Of a stretch of DNA of 64,000 nucleotides, positions 24,779 to 37,904 are shown in pieces; positions within the stretch are counted from its first letter, which is position 1, and every line of letters begins with the position of its first letter. Both the position numbers and the translations under genes were made by a program. Below the pieces are notes generated by a model. The model worked only from the letters and a program-made list of their open reading frames with translations. It had not been told where the DNA came from and did not search any database. This DNA comes from Octopus sinensis. Its lineage: Eukaryota. Where the stretch lies: positions 33,294,001 to 33,358,000 of the forward strand of contig NC_043017.1 in the NCBI RefSeq assembly GCF_006345805.1, written 5' to 3'.

Positions 24779-24837
24779 GTTGCACTGTCAAGCAATTGTT
24801 TCTATCTAAGGATGCACTTCGTCAGTGACTATGCAAC
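24779..24837 (-). ncRNA. Decayed type I hammerhead
   Basis: GTTGCA-TA-GTCA-CTGACGA-A-GTGCATCCTTAGATA-GAAA-CAATTG-C-T-TGAC-AG-TGCAAC. Bipartite 10-bp stem I; U16.1 changed to C; stem II broken. Confidence 0.6.
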
Positions 24838-25399
24838 AAGCGTTTATTAAAATATCTATATGAGCTTTACCTAGTTATCTGAACGATAAAGGTAAAGGAT
24901 CTGTATGATTTTTGCAGCATATCCTTCTTTATTTGAAATCGTTTGACGTTAGTTGAAGAGTATTTAGTTGCTAATATATGATGTGACTGCGTAGAAGATC
25001 CCTTGTGTGTTTAATGACTCGGATGTTTTAGGAAACAGTTACTCCATCATGGACAGCAATTGCGTTATATGTTTTTTTTAAATAAGCTTGATAATTCTAA
25101 AACTATTCCTGTTTTAGCAGTGAACAACCTGACAAAATGCGACGAAAATTTTCAAAATATAAGTAAAAATATACTCAATGTAAAGCTTTGTACAAAGTGT
25201 GCAATCTTCAGTGTGAACTCAGGAAACATTTTTAAGAAAAAACATAGTTCTTTTAGCAAAAGAAATGTAGTTCTCTGATATACTCAATTTTGCAACAAAC
25301 TGTCTAAGCAGTCTTTTTCGAAGCAAAATAATAAAATTAGAACTACTGTTAATAAATTTTCTATCTTGTTATACGAGTATTCGTGGCGTCAATCATTTA

Positions 25400-25890
25400 G
25401 AACTTCTTAATAAGATAATTCTTTCATCATGAAACTGGTTGGAAACTTCATAGAACAAAATTCATTGCATTTATAACCAAAAATTAATGTTATTGCTGCA
25501 ACTTACCTTAAAGATCAAATTGATGATTGAAGTCTTAGTTAGTTCTTCATTTGGACGAATCAATTTGATACTGCCTCCGAAAAGCATTTATATATTAAAG
25601 ATTACAAAAAAAAAAAAAACAGGACAGAAAAAAATCTGTCATAGGTTTTGGAGTTAATTTCTATTACATGAACTGCTGTAACTAAGTGTGACATCAAGTT
25701 GTGAAAGTGTTCATGAATGATGAGAGAATCAATGTTTAAATCTGTTTGTTGGTGCACGATACTGAACTTCAAAGATTTGTGGTGATGATAATTCTCTCTA
25801 TCCGTTAATGAAATTAGATGACCGACTGATTCCCATAAAATGCATTTGCGACTCTCCATTTAAGATGTTCCCAAGTTGCTAAAGAATGGC
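25400..25890 (+). pseudogene. Highly decayed hAT transposase fragment
   Basis: LDESI (25551-25565) and ICGDDNSLYPLMKLDDRLIPIKCICDS resemble the hAT LDES and G..NS...LK...L..I.C.CH motifs; many stops. Confidence 0.45.
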
Positions 25891-26774
25891 GTCCAAACAT
25901 TGATTACCTGTAAAGAGAAACTTACAACCTGTGTCCACAGATAAACATTACTCGGAGAATTTTAAGTAGAAATATAAGAATTAGTCAACAATGAGGAGGA
26001 ACTACCAAATGGTTAGCAAGGAGAAATTGTATATTAGAAATTTTTAGCCACTGACATGTATTAAAATTACATTTTTCAATGGAATTTTCATGTTGCAGTC
26101 CTATGCAATGAAATTATGTACTCTAATAAAACGTGTAAATTTTCAATATAAATTAGTTCTGTGGTGAATGAATTCCGAAAGAAAATATTTCACTATTCCA
26201 AAATGGAAAGCTACATTTTACAAGTTTCATGCAGTTTGTATTCACTATGCTTAGAAGAATTTTATATGAACAGTATGTGAATCTTGAACTGAATTTAGAC
26301 ATTGAGTGGCAGTACCTCCGATTTTAAAGAGCACACTGGTTACATGTCCTCCAGTAAAATATTATCCAATTAAACAATGTTTGAGCTTTTTAAGACGAAA
26401 GGACGTGGACGTTTTAGGCTGTGTACCGATAGATGTCACGACAGTTCAATATTTTCCAGTTTTATTTAGGTCATACTCGTTTACCCCTTACACGTGCTAG
26501 CCTCCCAAAAACCTACGCATGAGAGACACCTTTTAGTATTAGTGAACAATTTAGTAAACATTTGAATCATTGTACTGAAAAGAAAAAGACTTAAATTTTT
26601 TTTATCAACAACACTCTTGTTAAATCCATTGCCTTAGTCATTGGACTTATATTACCTTATGTTTAAGTATACTGAATAGAACAGACAGAGAAAAAAGAAA
26701 TGGGGAAACGGGATTCATTATGAGAATACATTTTTGTTAAACAACGATAGAAAAATCACGGAAACTGAAAATAA

Positions 26775-27010
26775 TTATTTCTTTACTACCCACAAGAGGT
26801 TAAACATAGAGGGAACAAACAAGGACGGACAAAGGGATTAAGTCGATTATATCGACCTCAGAGCGTAACTGGTACTTAATTTATCGACCCCGAAAGGATG
26901 AAAGGCAAAGTCGACCTCAGCGGAATTTGAACTCAGAACGTAACGGCAGACGAAAAACGGCTACGCATTTCGCCCGGCGCGCTAACGTTTCTGCCAGCTC
27001 GACACCTTAA
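26775..27010 (-). mobile_element. tRNA-derived SINE family C
   Basis: GAGCTGGCAGAAACGTTAGC...GTTCTGAGTTCAAATTCC...CCTTTCATCCTTTCGGGGTCGATAAA; copies at 30946, 58495 and 62137. Confidence 0.8.
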
Positions 27011-27255
27011 ACCAGGACTGACTGAAGAACGGAACCATGGTGTTGAAGTCATTCTACCTGGATACAACAAACTTATATATCCCGAAGTTCAAAGCAAAAG
27101 AACAACGAAAGAAGAACGAATCCAACAAGATGTGACCAAAAGCAAACTTTTAAACAGTTGACAAGGGATTCTAATGACCAGGCAATAACTGTGTGATGGA
27201 CATTTTGAAAGATATTGTTAAATAGTTAGAACCTATACATATACATATATATATA

Positions 27256-27550
27256 TCTCCCCCCCTCCTCATCTAACCCCCCTCTCCCCCTCCTCACCTA
27301 TCCTTTCTCCCCCCGACCCCTACTTCTTCAGTCCTTTCAACCTTTCACCCCTACTCCCCTTCCCTTCTTCCCTCTTTCTCCCTCCCTCTTCCCCCTTCCC
27401 TCTGCTCCCTCACTCCCCTCCCCTTCTCTCTCTCCCCTCTCCCTCTTTCCTCCTTCATCCCCTCCTCACCTTCCTTCTCCCCCATCGTCTCCTCTTCCCC
27501 CTTCTCCTCCCCCTCTCTTCCCCTCCCCTTCTCTCCCCCCTCTTCTCCTC
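27256..27550. repeat. Polypyrimidine (C/T) low-complexity tract
   Basis: Directly visible. Confidence 0.9.
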
Positions 27551-27589
27551 ATACACCACATGACTTTACACATCACATCACATATGATG

Positions 27590-27920
27590 TGCCATACTAA
27601 TACACACACCAACTAATACATACTATACGTACTAATACATACTAGTACATACTAATACTTACACCAACCCTATACATACACACGTCCAGCCCCGCATACG
27701 CACTTATACTCTCACACACACACACACACACACACCTTACATACCAATACGTACTAATACATACTAATACATACTAATACATACCCAACCCCATACATAC
27801 GCACGTCCAGACCAATCTTACGCACTAATACTCTCTCATACACACACACACACACACACCCTATACAACTATACTACACCAACCCTATACATACACACAT
27901 CCAGACCCCTCCCACGCACT
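27590..27920. repeat. Imperfect tandem repeat, unit about 110-120 bp, about 2.5 copies
   Basis: Recurring TACTAATACA...CCAACCCTATACATAC.CACGTCCAG...(CA)n. Confidence 0.7.
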
Positions 27921-28019
27921 TTTAGCTGGTCCCTCAACCCTATTATCAACCCTATTATCTCCCATTTCGCTCTCGCGTCTCATGTTTGATCTTTGACCTC
28001 TGGCCGAATCAGATCGCCA

Positions 28020-28225
28020 TGTTGATTCGTTAGCTACTGCACGCATTTTTTTCTCTCCTCTTTCTGTGTTTTTCTCTCTCTGTGTAATCTTTCTGTTGAA
28101 GAGCGTAGGCTCGAAACGTTAAAGACTTGTTTTATTTATTTTCCTGAGCGCCATACTAATACAATTGTTCGTTTGTTTTCCACCTGCCTTCGTCTTTTGT
28201 TTATTTTCATAAAGCTTCCCGTTAT
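28020..28225 (+). mobile_element. Short HHR-bearing repeat, family F2
   Basis: Homologous to 6075 and 36190; 3' end abuts (TA)n. Confidence 0.72.
28088..28125 (+). ncRNA. Variant-core minimal hammerhead (CUGUUGA plus extra A)
   Basis: TCTTT-CTGTTGA-A-GAGC(GTAG)GCTC-GAAA-CG-T-T-AAAGA; AACGTT palindrome replaces stem III. Confidence 0.65.
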
Positions 28226-28628
28226 ATATATATATATATATGGGGTTATTTTTCTTGACAGTTACGGCGAAGTTTTGACATCGATCTCTTATTAGAACAT
28301 GTTGAGTGATATAGAAATAGCTAAACTTCGTTGCCATTGTCAAGAGAATGGAATTACAGTGATGCTGCCACGAAGTAATTCAAAGACATCGAAAATACGG
28401 CAGCTTGCATATTTACCAAATCAGATTTCCTGGATTTATATGAATCTATGCACATAGAAACATACACAAAGACACACATAGATACAGACACGCTCGAGAA
28501 CATACATACACGCATATACGAATATATATACACAATGGAATTAAATCTGCAATAAATTTGTTGGGTTTATATATATAATTAAACTGTATATCTCCCCTAA
28601 TGCATTACTATATATATATATATATATA

Positions 28629-29038
28629 GGCGCAGGAGTGATTGTGTGGTAAGTAGCTTGTTTACCAACCACATGGTTCCGGGTTCAGTCTCACTGCGTG
28701 GCACCTTGGGCAAGTGTCTTCTACTATAGCCTCGGGCTGACCAAAGCCTTGTGAGTGGATTTGGTAGACGGAAACTGAAAAGAAGCCCGTCGTATATATG
28801 TATATATATATATGCGTGTGTGTGTGTGTGTTTGTGTGTCCGTGTTTGTCCCCCTAGCATTGCTTGACAACCGATGCTGGTGTGTTTATGTCCCCGTTAC
28901 TTAGCGATTCGGCAAAAAAGACCGATAGAATAAGTACTGGGCTTACAAAAGGATAAGTCCCGGGGTCGAGTTGCTCGACTAAAGGCGGTGCTCCAGCATG
29001 GCCGCAGTCAAATTACTGAAACAAGTAAAAACATAAAA
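28629..29038 (+). mobile_element. SINE family A
   Basis: Full-length copy. Confidence 0.9.
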
Positions 29039-29041
29039 ACA

Positions 29042-29072
<31 letters not shown>

Positions 29073-29593
29073 ATATGAGACAGAAAGAGTGAAGGAGACA
29101 GAGGAAGAGATGGATAGACAGACAGACAGGGAGAAAGGGAGAGAGAGACAGAGCAAGAGCGAAAGAGAGCGAGAGCGAATCACACACATGCAAAACATTT
29201 CCATGATCTTAAACACATTTCGGGAATCAAGATTCGCTCGCAAATCTCTGATGGAGACGCCTATTATTGATCACAAAAGCGTTTGGTGCTGGAAGTTATA
29301 TTAACCAGATAAAAATAGCTAACCATTAAATTGTTGGTATTAAACTCATGAAATTTGTGTGCTGTTAGAAGTTGGTTATAATTGTGGAGATCTTTGAATT
29401 ACAAAGTTTACACCAGATTATTTGCCTGTCCCTAAGTCTCGTCAGATCATGTATGGAAGGAGAGACTCTGTACAAATTAACGTCTCAATGAATCCTTGTG
29501 TAGTTTGGCTAATGCTTTATTTCATAAGGATTCTGCTCTGTCGAAAATTGCTTTCCTTAGATCGACTTATAAGGCTTTCATTACATCTGCCAA

Positions 29594-29895
29594 GTGGAGG
29601 CGTAATGGCCCAGTGGTTACGGCAGCGGACTCGCGGTCGTAGGATCGCGGTTTCGATTCCCAGACCGGGCATTATGAATGTTTATTGAGCTCTACGAGGT
29701 TCCCGCAAGGGGTGTTGCACACTTTCACTGTTGTACTCTTTCACCACAATTTTCTCTCACTCGTTCTTCCTGTTCCTGTTGTACCCGTATTTCAAAGGGG
29801 CCAGCTTTGTCACACTCTATGTCACGCTGAATCTCCCCGAGAACTACGTTAAGGACACACGTGTCTGCGGAGTGCTCAGCCACTTGCACGTTAAT
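29594..29895 (+). mobile_element. SINE family B (3'-truncated)
   Basis: Match to 4248. Confidence 0.8.
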
Positions 29896-30456
29896 AAATG
29901 AGCTGCGACATCACTGGTACCAAGCTGTATCGGCTCCTTTGCCTTTCCCTTGGATAACATCGGTGGCGTGGAGGGGCGAGTCTGGTATGCGCGGGCGACT
30001 GCTGGTCTTCCATAAACAACCTTGCCCAGACATGTGCCTCGGAGGGTAATTTTCTATGTGCAATCCCATGGTCATTCATGACCCAAGGCAGTCACAACAT
30101 CTGTCAAAGAATGTGCATATTCAGAAAGGAAGATATTTTGTGCAGCTCGCAGTCGGAAATTCGAATCTGTGACACATGGCTCGAGATATCTACCTGGATG
30201 GAATTTTTACTTTTGATCACAGCTGGATGACCCGTAGTTCTTTCTCTCGATGGCTATCACAATATTTTTCGAAGCAATTGAAGAGTCTTTGTGCATGAAA
30301 CTTATCAAGGGCTTCGAACTGAACTATAGGTCTTGAGTTACTGAATTTGTATACAAACACACGCACGCACGTGCTCGCACATATACAGAGACTAAGAGAT
30401 AGGAAGATGCACATGCACGTATGCGAGTGAATATGTATGTGTGTGTGCTATAATAA

Positions 30457-30890
30457 GCATCGGATCCTACTACTGTAAACCAGTACAACCTGTGTCAGTG
30501 GGGCAGAAAGGACTCCTTAGCCGTAGTGAAGGCAATCTGTCTAGGGAGATAACCTTACAATAAATCACTCGGTCTGTAGCTTAGAAATACTGGAACTGCT
30601 TTGTTTCATGGAGGAGGAAAGTTCTTCTTTAGTACTTGGTTGTACAATGCATTAGCGCACACATTATTAGCCATTTGAAAAGACTATGGAATTTACAATT
30701 AACTGCACCAGGGTTCCACTTCCCCAGGGAACCAGACTTAATGGTATACCTGCGGATGTAGGTCCAGCTCCTGCTTTGCCGGGTCCTGTCTCTGATCACG
30801 TTGCACCTCTAAGGGCATCCAATGACGGTGATGCCCTCAATCTTAACAGGCGGGTATCACCTGATGGAGAAGAGTCATAATAAGCTATAG
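30457..30890 (+). mobile_element. Possible RTE-like LINE 5' end relic
   Basis: Shares CCAGTACAACCTG and AAGGACTCC..GCC...CTAGG motifs with family R; short downstream ORF. Confidence 0.35.
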
Positions 30891-30945
30891 CAATACCGTA
30901 ATAACTAACAATACTAAATTCTACATTAGCAAAATTTAACTAGTC

Positions 30946-31170
30946 TAAGGTGGGGAACTGGCAGAACCGTTAGCACGCCGAGGAAAATGCTTAGCTGCAT
31001 TTCTTCTTGCTCTTTACGTTCGAATTCTGTCGAGGTCGACTTAACCTTTCATACTTTCGGGGGTCGATAAAATAAAGTATCAGCTGAATACAGGGATCGA
31101 TGTCGTTGACTTAATCCCTCTCTGAGAATGCTGGGCTTGTGCCAAAATTTGAGACTAAACTGATATTCAA
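30946..31170 (+). mobile_element. SINE family C (diverged)
   Basis: Match to 26775. Confidence 0.7.
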
Positions 31171-31446
31171 CTAGTCTTGACATTTCGAGTAAATCGCCCA
31201 TTTTCAAACTTGCTGCGAAAACGAGTGAAACGCATCTATGAACTTGGTATATAAGTGTTAAGAGAATGAGTTGCAAAGACAATTTCAGTTGTCGCATACG
31301 ATTTGACAGAGTCGTGAAAACGCCTGGTAGACTACTTGGTAGTGTTCCAACTTACTACAATTGCTTGTGATTTCTTTCCTAATAAGCATATTTTAAAATA
31401 AGATTTCCATCAGATTGGCGAATCATTGAAGAAGAATTTAATTATA

Positions 31447-31843
31447 GCGCAGGAGTGGCTGTGTGGTAAGTAGCTTGATTACCAACCACATGGTTCCGGG
31501 TTCAATCTCACTGCGTGGCACATTGGGCGAGTGTCTTCCACTATAGCCACGGGCCGACCAAAGCCTTGTGAGTGGATCTGGTAGATGGAAACTGAAAGAA
31601 GCCTGTCCTGTCGTATATATTTATGTGTGTGTGGGTGTGCGTGTGTGTGTGTGTCTGTTTTACCCCACCATCGCTTGGCACCTGATGTTGGTGTGTTCAC
31701 GTCCCCGTAACTTAGCGGTTCGGCAAAAGAGACCGATAGAATAAGTACTAAGCTTACTAAGAATAAGTACTGGGGTCGATTTGTTCCACTAAAGGCGGTG
31801 CTCCAGCATGGCCGCAGTCAAATGACTGAAACAAATAAAAGAA
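31447..31843 (+). mobile_element. SINE family A
   Basis: Full-length copy. Confidence 0.88.
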
Positions 31844-32224
31844 AATGGTCTGATGGACAATAGAGCTTACAGATGATTTTTGTTACTTAAAAAGTCATTA
31901 AAGGAAATGTGACTAAATTTTGATCCCATGTAACCAGCCTAGGGCTCGGAAACAGCAGTTGATGTCCTGTTTCAGGTTCTTATGTATCAGTGACTAAAAA
32001 AATGTTCTTTTTAACGATTGCCTCAACTAAAACTAAATGCGTTTCATAGGTTTGTAACATGAAGCATTTATGCATTTTGTTAACTTTGTGTATTGAAAGG
32101 ATCCCTCGCCCCATGTACGTATAATATAGAGACTGGTGGTGATGAGTACTGTCAAGATAACTTGAACACGAAACCTTACGTGAAGTTAATGTTTTCAAGT
32201 GTAGCACTACACCTCAGTGAATCT

Positions 32225-32955
32225 TTTAACCTTTTACCTTTTATTTGTTTCAGTCGTTGTTAGACTGTGGCCATGCTGGGGCACCACCATGAAGAAATTT
32301 AGTCGAATAAATCGACGCGAGGATTTATTTTTCAAGAATGGTAATTAATTTATCGCTCTCTTTTGTCGAACCGTTAAGTTAAAAGGACTTAAACATACAC
32401 GCACGCACGCACACACACACATATATATATATGTATATATCACGTGATCACGTGACCGACCAGGCTATCAGATGTTGTTGCACATCGCTGGTCACAATGC
32501 GCTTCGCATGGTTTTAGCCTTCAAATGACGCCACCCCGCTGGCTAAGCGAGCAGGCCAACAGAAGAAAGAGTGAGAGAAAGTTGTGGCGAAAGAGTACAG
32601 CAGGGATAGCCACCAACCCCTGCCGGAGCCTCGTGGAGCTTTAGGTGTTTTCGCTCAATAAACACTCACAACGTCCGGTCTGGGAATCGAAACCGCGATC
32701 CTACGACCGCGAGTCCGCTGCCGTAACCACTGGGCCATTGCGCCTTCACACACACATACACACACACACACACAGACGCACACAAACATATATATATATA
32801 TATATATTTTAAAAATATAAGTTTATGAAAGAATGGAGTTGAACGACTTGTTAACAAATTTCCTTTATTTTCGACATATGTTTCGAAGGTATCGGTTATC
32901 TTTCGAATTATCCTTAATAGGATAATTCATTCAACTACTCAAATACATATATATA

Positions 32956-32993
<38 letters not shown>

Positions 32994-33163
32994 TATATAC
33001 GACGGGCTTCTTTCAGTTTCCGTCTACCAAATCCACTCACAAGGCTTTGGTCGGCCCGAAATCATAGAAGACGACACTTGCCCAAGGTGTCATGTAGTAG
33101 GACTGAACCGGGAACCATGTGGTTGGGAAGCAAGCTTCTTAACACACAGCCACTCCTGCGCCT
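32225..33163 (-). mobile_element. SINE family A halves (32225-32400 and 32998-33163) enclosing a SINE B and an HHR-family fragment
   Basis: Collinear halves on either side of nested inserts; single origin is inferred. Confidence 0.6.
32440..32745 (-). mobile_element. SINE family B, subfamily with alternative 3' end
   Basis: Same head as 4248; 3' part shared with 59701-59905. Confidence 0.8.
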
Positions 33164-33256
33164 ATTAATTGCAGAAGTTTTGAACTCACCCACAAGGAAT
33201 ACACGAGCATACACTCGGATCACTCTAGTTATCATTACTGTGTATTTCTATTCATA

Positions 33257-33423
33257 CAGGAGTGGCTGTGTGGTAAGTAGCTTGCTAACCAACCACATGG
33301 TTCCGGGTTCAGTCCCACTGCGTGGCATCTTGGGTAAGTGTCTTCTGCTATAGCCCCGGGCCGACCAATGCCTTGTGAGTGGATTTGGTAGACGGAAACT
33401 GAAAGAAGCATGTCGTATATATG

Positions 33424-33455
<32 letters not shown>

Positions 33456-33660
33456 CGTTTGTCCCCCTAGCATTGCTTGACAACTGATGCTGGTGTGTTT
33501 ACGTCCCCGTCACTTAACGGTTCGGCAAAAGAAACCGATAGAATAAGTACTAGGCTTACAAAGAATAAGTCCCTGGGTCGATTTGCTCGACTAAAGGCGG
33601 TGCTCCAGCATGGCCGCAGTCAAATGACTGAAACAAGTAAAAGAGTAAAAGAGTAAAGAG
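33257..33660 (+). mobile_element. SINE family A
   Basis: Full-length copy. Confidence 0.9.
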
Positions 33661-34221
33661 TATACAACTCTCTTGGCAATTACCTCAATGAAATAGAAAA
33701 GGGAGAATTTATTTTCATACTTGAAGGTCGCATTAATAAGTGTAATGTAATAAAGTTGCATTGATGATAATTTTCTTTAATGAATGGAAAATTTAATTAC
33801 AGTTAATGAAAAAAATCTAATTAAAATAGCAAATGTAGACGTAAAGTGGCATTTTAGCGTTTGCATTAAAAACTCTAACAAATATATTTTCTAATAAAGC
33901 CCAGGCTTTCTCTAGATGGGCAAATTTATGAACCTCAAAGTCTGCCGCTTATTTTTTGCATATAAACTAGACAGAAATTTCGACTGAATACTGCTCAACC
34001 GTTTTAAAAACGTTATGTCTATTCCAGAATTCACTATGTTCCTATTTCAATATATTTTTATTCCTAGTCTTTCTACCCTTGATGAAAGAAATTGGAAAAT
34101 TATGTGACATAATAATATTCACATAGGCTAGTGTATGAATTGAATTACTTCAAATAATATGTGACTGTTAATATATTCATAACGAGGAAGAGTTGTAACA
34201 GTGAGAACATATTATTTTCAT

Positions 34222-34575
34222 TTGGGATGGAAGCACTCCGTCGGTTCACAGCCTGCTCGTGAAATTAACGTGTAAGTGGCTGAGCGCTCCACAGACACGT
34301 GCACGCTTAACGTAGTTCTCGGGGATATTCAGCGTGACACAGAGAGTGACAAGGCCGGCCCTTTGAATACAGGTACAACAGAAACAGGAAGTAAGAGTGA
34401 GAGAAAGTTGTGGTGAAAGAGTACAGCAGGGATCACCACCATCCCCTGCCGGAGCCTCAGGGAGCTTTAGGTGTTTTCGCTCAATAAACACTCACAACGC
34501 CCGGTCTGGGAATCGAAACCGCAATTCTATGACCGCGAGTCCGCTGCCCTAACCACTGGGCCATTGCGCCTCCAC
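34222..34575 (-). mobile_element. SINE family B
   Basis: Match to 4248. Confidence 0.85.
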
Positions 34576-35655
34576 TATTTTCATTTATACATTCATCGGA
34601 AGAGGGAAGACAATTTCTACAATCAATAACAGTGAGAGACGTTAACCGAGGTAAATGTCGTGACATCTTGATGCACAAAAACCCTTTATAAATCTCTAAT
34701 GTGAAAAAAGAGTAAATCAGTTTGAAAATTCTTGCTTTCTTCTATAATATCACCTAGAGCAGTGTTTCCTAATATGAGTGGACGCCATTTGCGGGCCGTT
34801 GTATGCTTACAAGGGAGCAGCAAATATGATACACATACGATAAGATGATCAGGATTTAGAAAAGTCGTGATTTTTACTTAGAAAGGAAATATTTAAGCTA
34901 GTTATCATACCTATATTTTTAAAACATTTACAAAATGAAGAATCTTGTGGGAATGAAAATGCGAACAAGAAATTGTATCAGTAGGGGGCATTAACATCAT
35001 ATTCGTGGCCAATGATGCGCCAAGGTTCGATATAATTGTATCATATAATTTCTTGCCTTCTTGAATAATTTTTTTTGAAAATTATACTGAGTACACTTGT
35101 CCATTCAAATATCTATAGATATAATAAGAATATATATATATATATATATATAAAAAATTTAAAGGACTGACCACTAGAAGTGGACGGTCAACATGCTGGA
35201 TATAGACGTCAAAATCGCTATTTTCCACAAAGAATATGTTCTCAAATAACTCAGCACAAACCAAAGCATTAAAAATAAGCAAGACAAATGAAAATATACG
35301 AAATAAAAATGATTACCTATGTAACGATCAGTTTCGATTGTTAATATCCACATGGATAACCGCAATCTCGCCAGCATAGTCTGTCATATAGAAATACAAT
35401 TTGCAGGACTAGATACGAAAACGTTTGACCGGAGTCCCGCATGCATAGATTCCAACCAATTATATTTATGTGTATCTTTCAAATGCCTTCACTTTGGCGC
35501 GCTGAGATATATATTGTGTACATTAAAACACATTAAGAGGCTTCCAAATAGGAAGGCCTTGTGCTAGAAAGAGCAGTAGAAAAATCAAACCACTAATTGG
35601 GGATAAATTCCCGAAAGGAATGAAAATTAAAAACGTTCACCATCTAATTTAGTTT

Positions 35656-35722
35656 CTAGACCATGGTTTCTGACTAATTTCAGTAAAAATAATATTTACT
35701 GAGGCCAGTCTTCATCAGAAGG
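35656..35722 (-). ncRNA. Type I hammerhead, partly decayed
   Basis: CCTT-CTGATGA-A-GAC..CAGTAAA(TATTATT)TTTACTG..GTC-A-GAAA-CCATGG-T-C-TAG. GUC cleavage triplet and ACCATGGT palindrome present; stem I weak. Confidence 0.65.
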
Positions 35723-35899
35723 TAGCCTTTAGATTTTAAATATACACACAACTAGATCCGCATGTGAACTTGCCGCCTGTATATTCTAACTTTTCAAATC
35801 CACTGCGTAGGTGCAGTTTATTTTCGGCGACAAAGAGGATGCCGGTAAAATTTCGAACAAATTTATAAAAAAATATTTTAACATAATATATGTATATAT

Positions 35900-36135
35900 G
35901 GAGTCGCGTGGTTTAGTGGTTAGGGTGTCAGCATCAAGATCATAAGATTGTGGTTTCGATTCCTGGGCCGGGCGACGCGTTGTGTTCTTGCGCGAAACAC
36001 TTCATTTCACGTTGCTCCAGTCAGCTGTCAAAATTGAGTAATGCTGCGATTGATGGGCACCCCGTCCAGCTTGGGAACACATACGCCATTCAAACCGGGA
36101 AACTGGGCCCATGAGCATCGCTAGGCTTTAAAAGG
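35900..36135 (+). mobile_element. tRNA-derived SINE family D
   Basis: GTGGTTTAGTGGTTAGG...GGTTTCGATTCC head; GATGGGCACCCCGTCCAG central motif recalls V-domain SINEs. Confidence 0.65.
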
Positions 36136-36189
36136 GTGTATTTCTTTACATATATATATATATATACATTGTGCAATGCCCTAAATAAT

Positions 36190-36335
36190 ATATGTATAAC
36201 GTGGGACCATAATTCGGACACATTTATTATTCTCCATCATTTTTCCTCATCGCTTTCTATCGAAAAGCGTAGGTTCGAAACGTCAAAGACTTTTTTCATT
36301 TTCCCGAGCGTCAAACTGGTACAGTTGTGCGGAAA
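36190..36335 (+). mobile_element. Short HHR-bearing repeat, family F2 (decayed HHR at 36253-36289)
   Basis: CTTT-CTATCGA-A-AAGC(GTAG)GTTC-GAAA-CG-T-C-AAAG. Confidence 0.6.
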
Positions 36336-37829
36336 CACTTCGCTCTGTCTATGAATTCTTATTGACATCGGTGTCTTTATTATTTAAAATCCAATAACTA
36401 ACATTTCATTTTTAAATCAGTGTAATATTCTTGGCAGGTTGTTTAACTATTGGAATTTCACGAAATCCTTTGACAAACTGAATAACCGTTATTTAAATGC
36501 CTCTTTATACTTGTTTAGCTTCACAATGATTCCAATTTCCTATTGCTTAAATCCGTTGAATACTTTATGTTACCAATATTTCTTCACATACACGCACATA
36601 TACACACTCGTAAATATACACACCAAACACACATGCACACAACAGTCTTACTCACGCATCGCCTCTATTACCACAAGATTCACAATAATTACACATAAAC
36701 GAATATAAACGGCAACTAAAGTAAGCTTTAAAAACTTTCATTTTTTACGACGAAATTTTCAGCTTAGTTGAAAGATTAATCAAGAATTTCAGAATTGTTA
36801 AAAATTAAAGAATAAAACCCAAAAATATAATCATAAGCAGCAACGAAAAAATGAATTCATCAGTAAAGTTACCATGACTTAAATTTTAATTTTAATTGAA
36901 GAAAAATCTTTATAAAGAATCTACAAAAAAGAAAAGGTCTAAGAAAGCTACATTAATTAGTTTAAATTATTCAAATTCAAAGCGGGTGACACAGCGTGAG
37001 ACAAAATCCATTCTTGTGGCCGTTTTCTCGAATATGATTGTAAAATGTTTTGTTTCTTCAATTTCCAAATCATTTCATAGCCAACACTACTTCCATCTTT
37101 TCTAACCTTTTTTTTTTTCCTTTTTGCGATCCATTGATTCTCTAACTTCCTTTACAAGGATTCTTTAATAACTACCACCATTTTCTGAAACATTTAATTA
37201 TATTTATTATCTGTTTTGTTCAATTTATTTTGCTTCATTTATTCCACTGTGAATATATTTTTCTTTTGTATATTTCGTATTGAAGCCCTGTGTGTTAATC
37301 AATGTGATTTTAATCCACATGCATTTCCACTTGCGCCTAAGATGAAAGGAGGTTTATGACAGCTTTTGTAAAGCTACCTATCTAATATTTCATACTTCAA
37401 TCCATAGAAAAATAAGTCAATTTAATGGCTTTCACTTCTCATTTGAAAACTATTGAATATTTCGCTATTTTACTATGGCTGAAATATTATTTACGACACT
37501 AACATCAAATGAATGCATAAAGAAAAGGGGCTTCGTTTCTCCCCACTTTTTGCTTTATTTACGTTTAGTTCTCCTCGTCAATATTTCACACAAATATGTA
37601 TTAATTTATTTCCTAGATTTTCAGCAATGACAGTACACACACACACACACACACAAACAAACACAGGCACACACACACACAAACAAACACACACACACAC
37701 ACACACAAACAAACAAACAAACACACAAACACTCTAACACACAAACACACACACACACATATATTGATGAATAGGTAAATGCGTGTGTGAATGTGTCTGC
37801 ATATATAAATTTGTTTATATGTGTACTTA

Positions 37830-37881
<52 letters not shown>

Positions 37882-37904
37882 ATATGTATATGTCTATGTA
37901 TATA

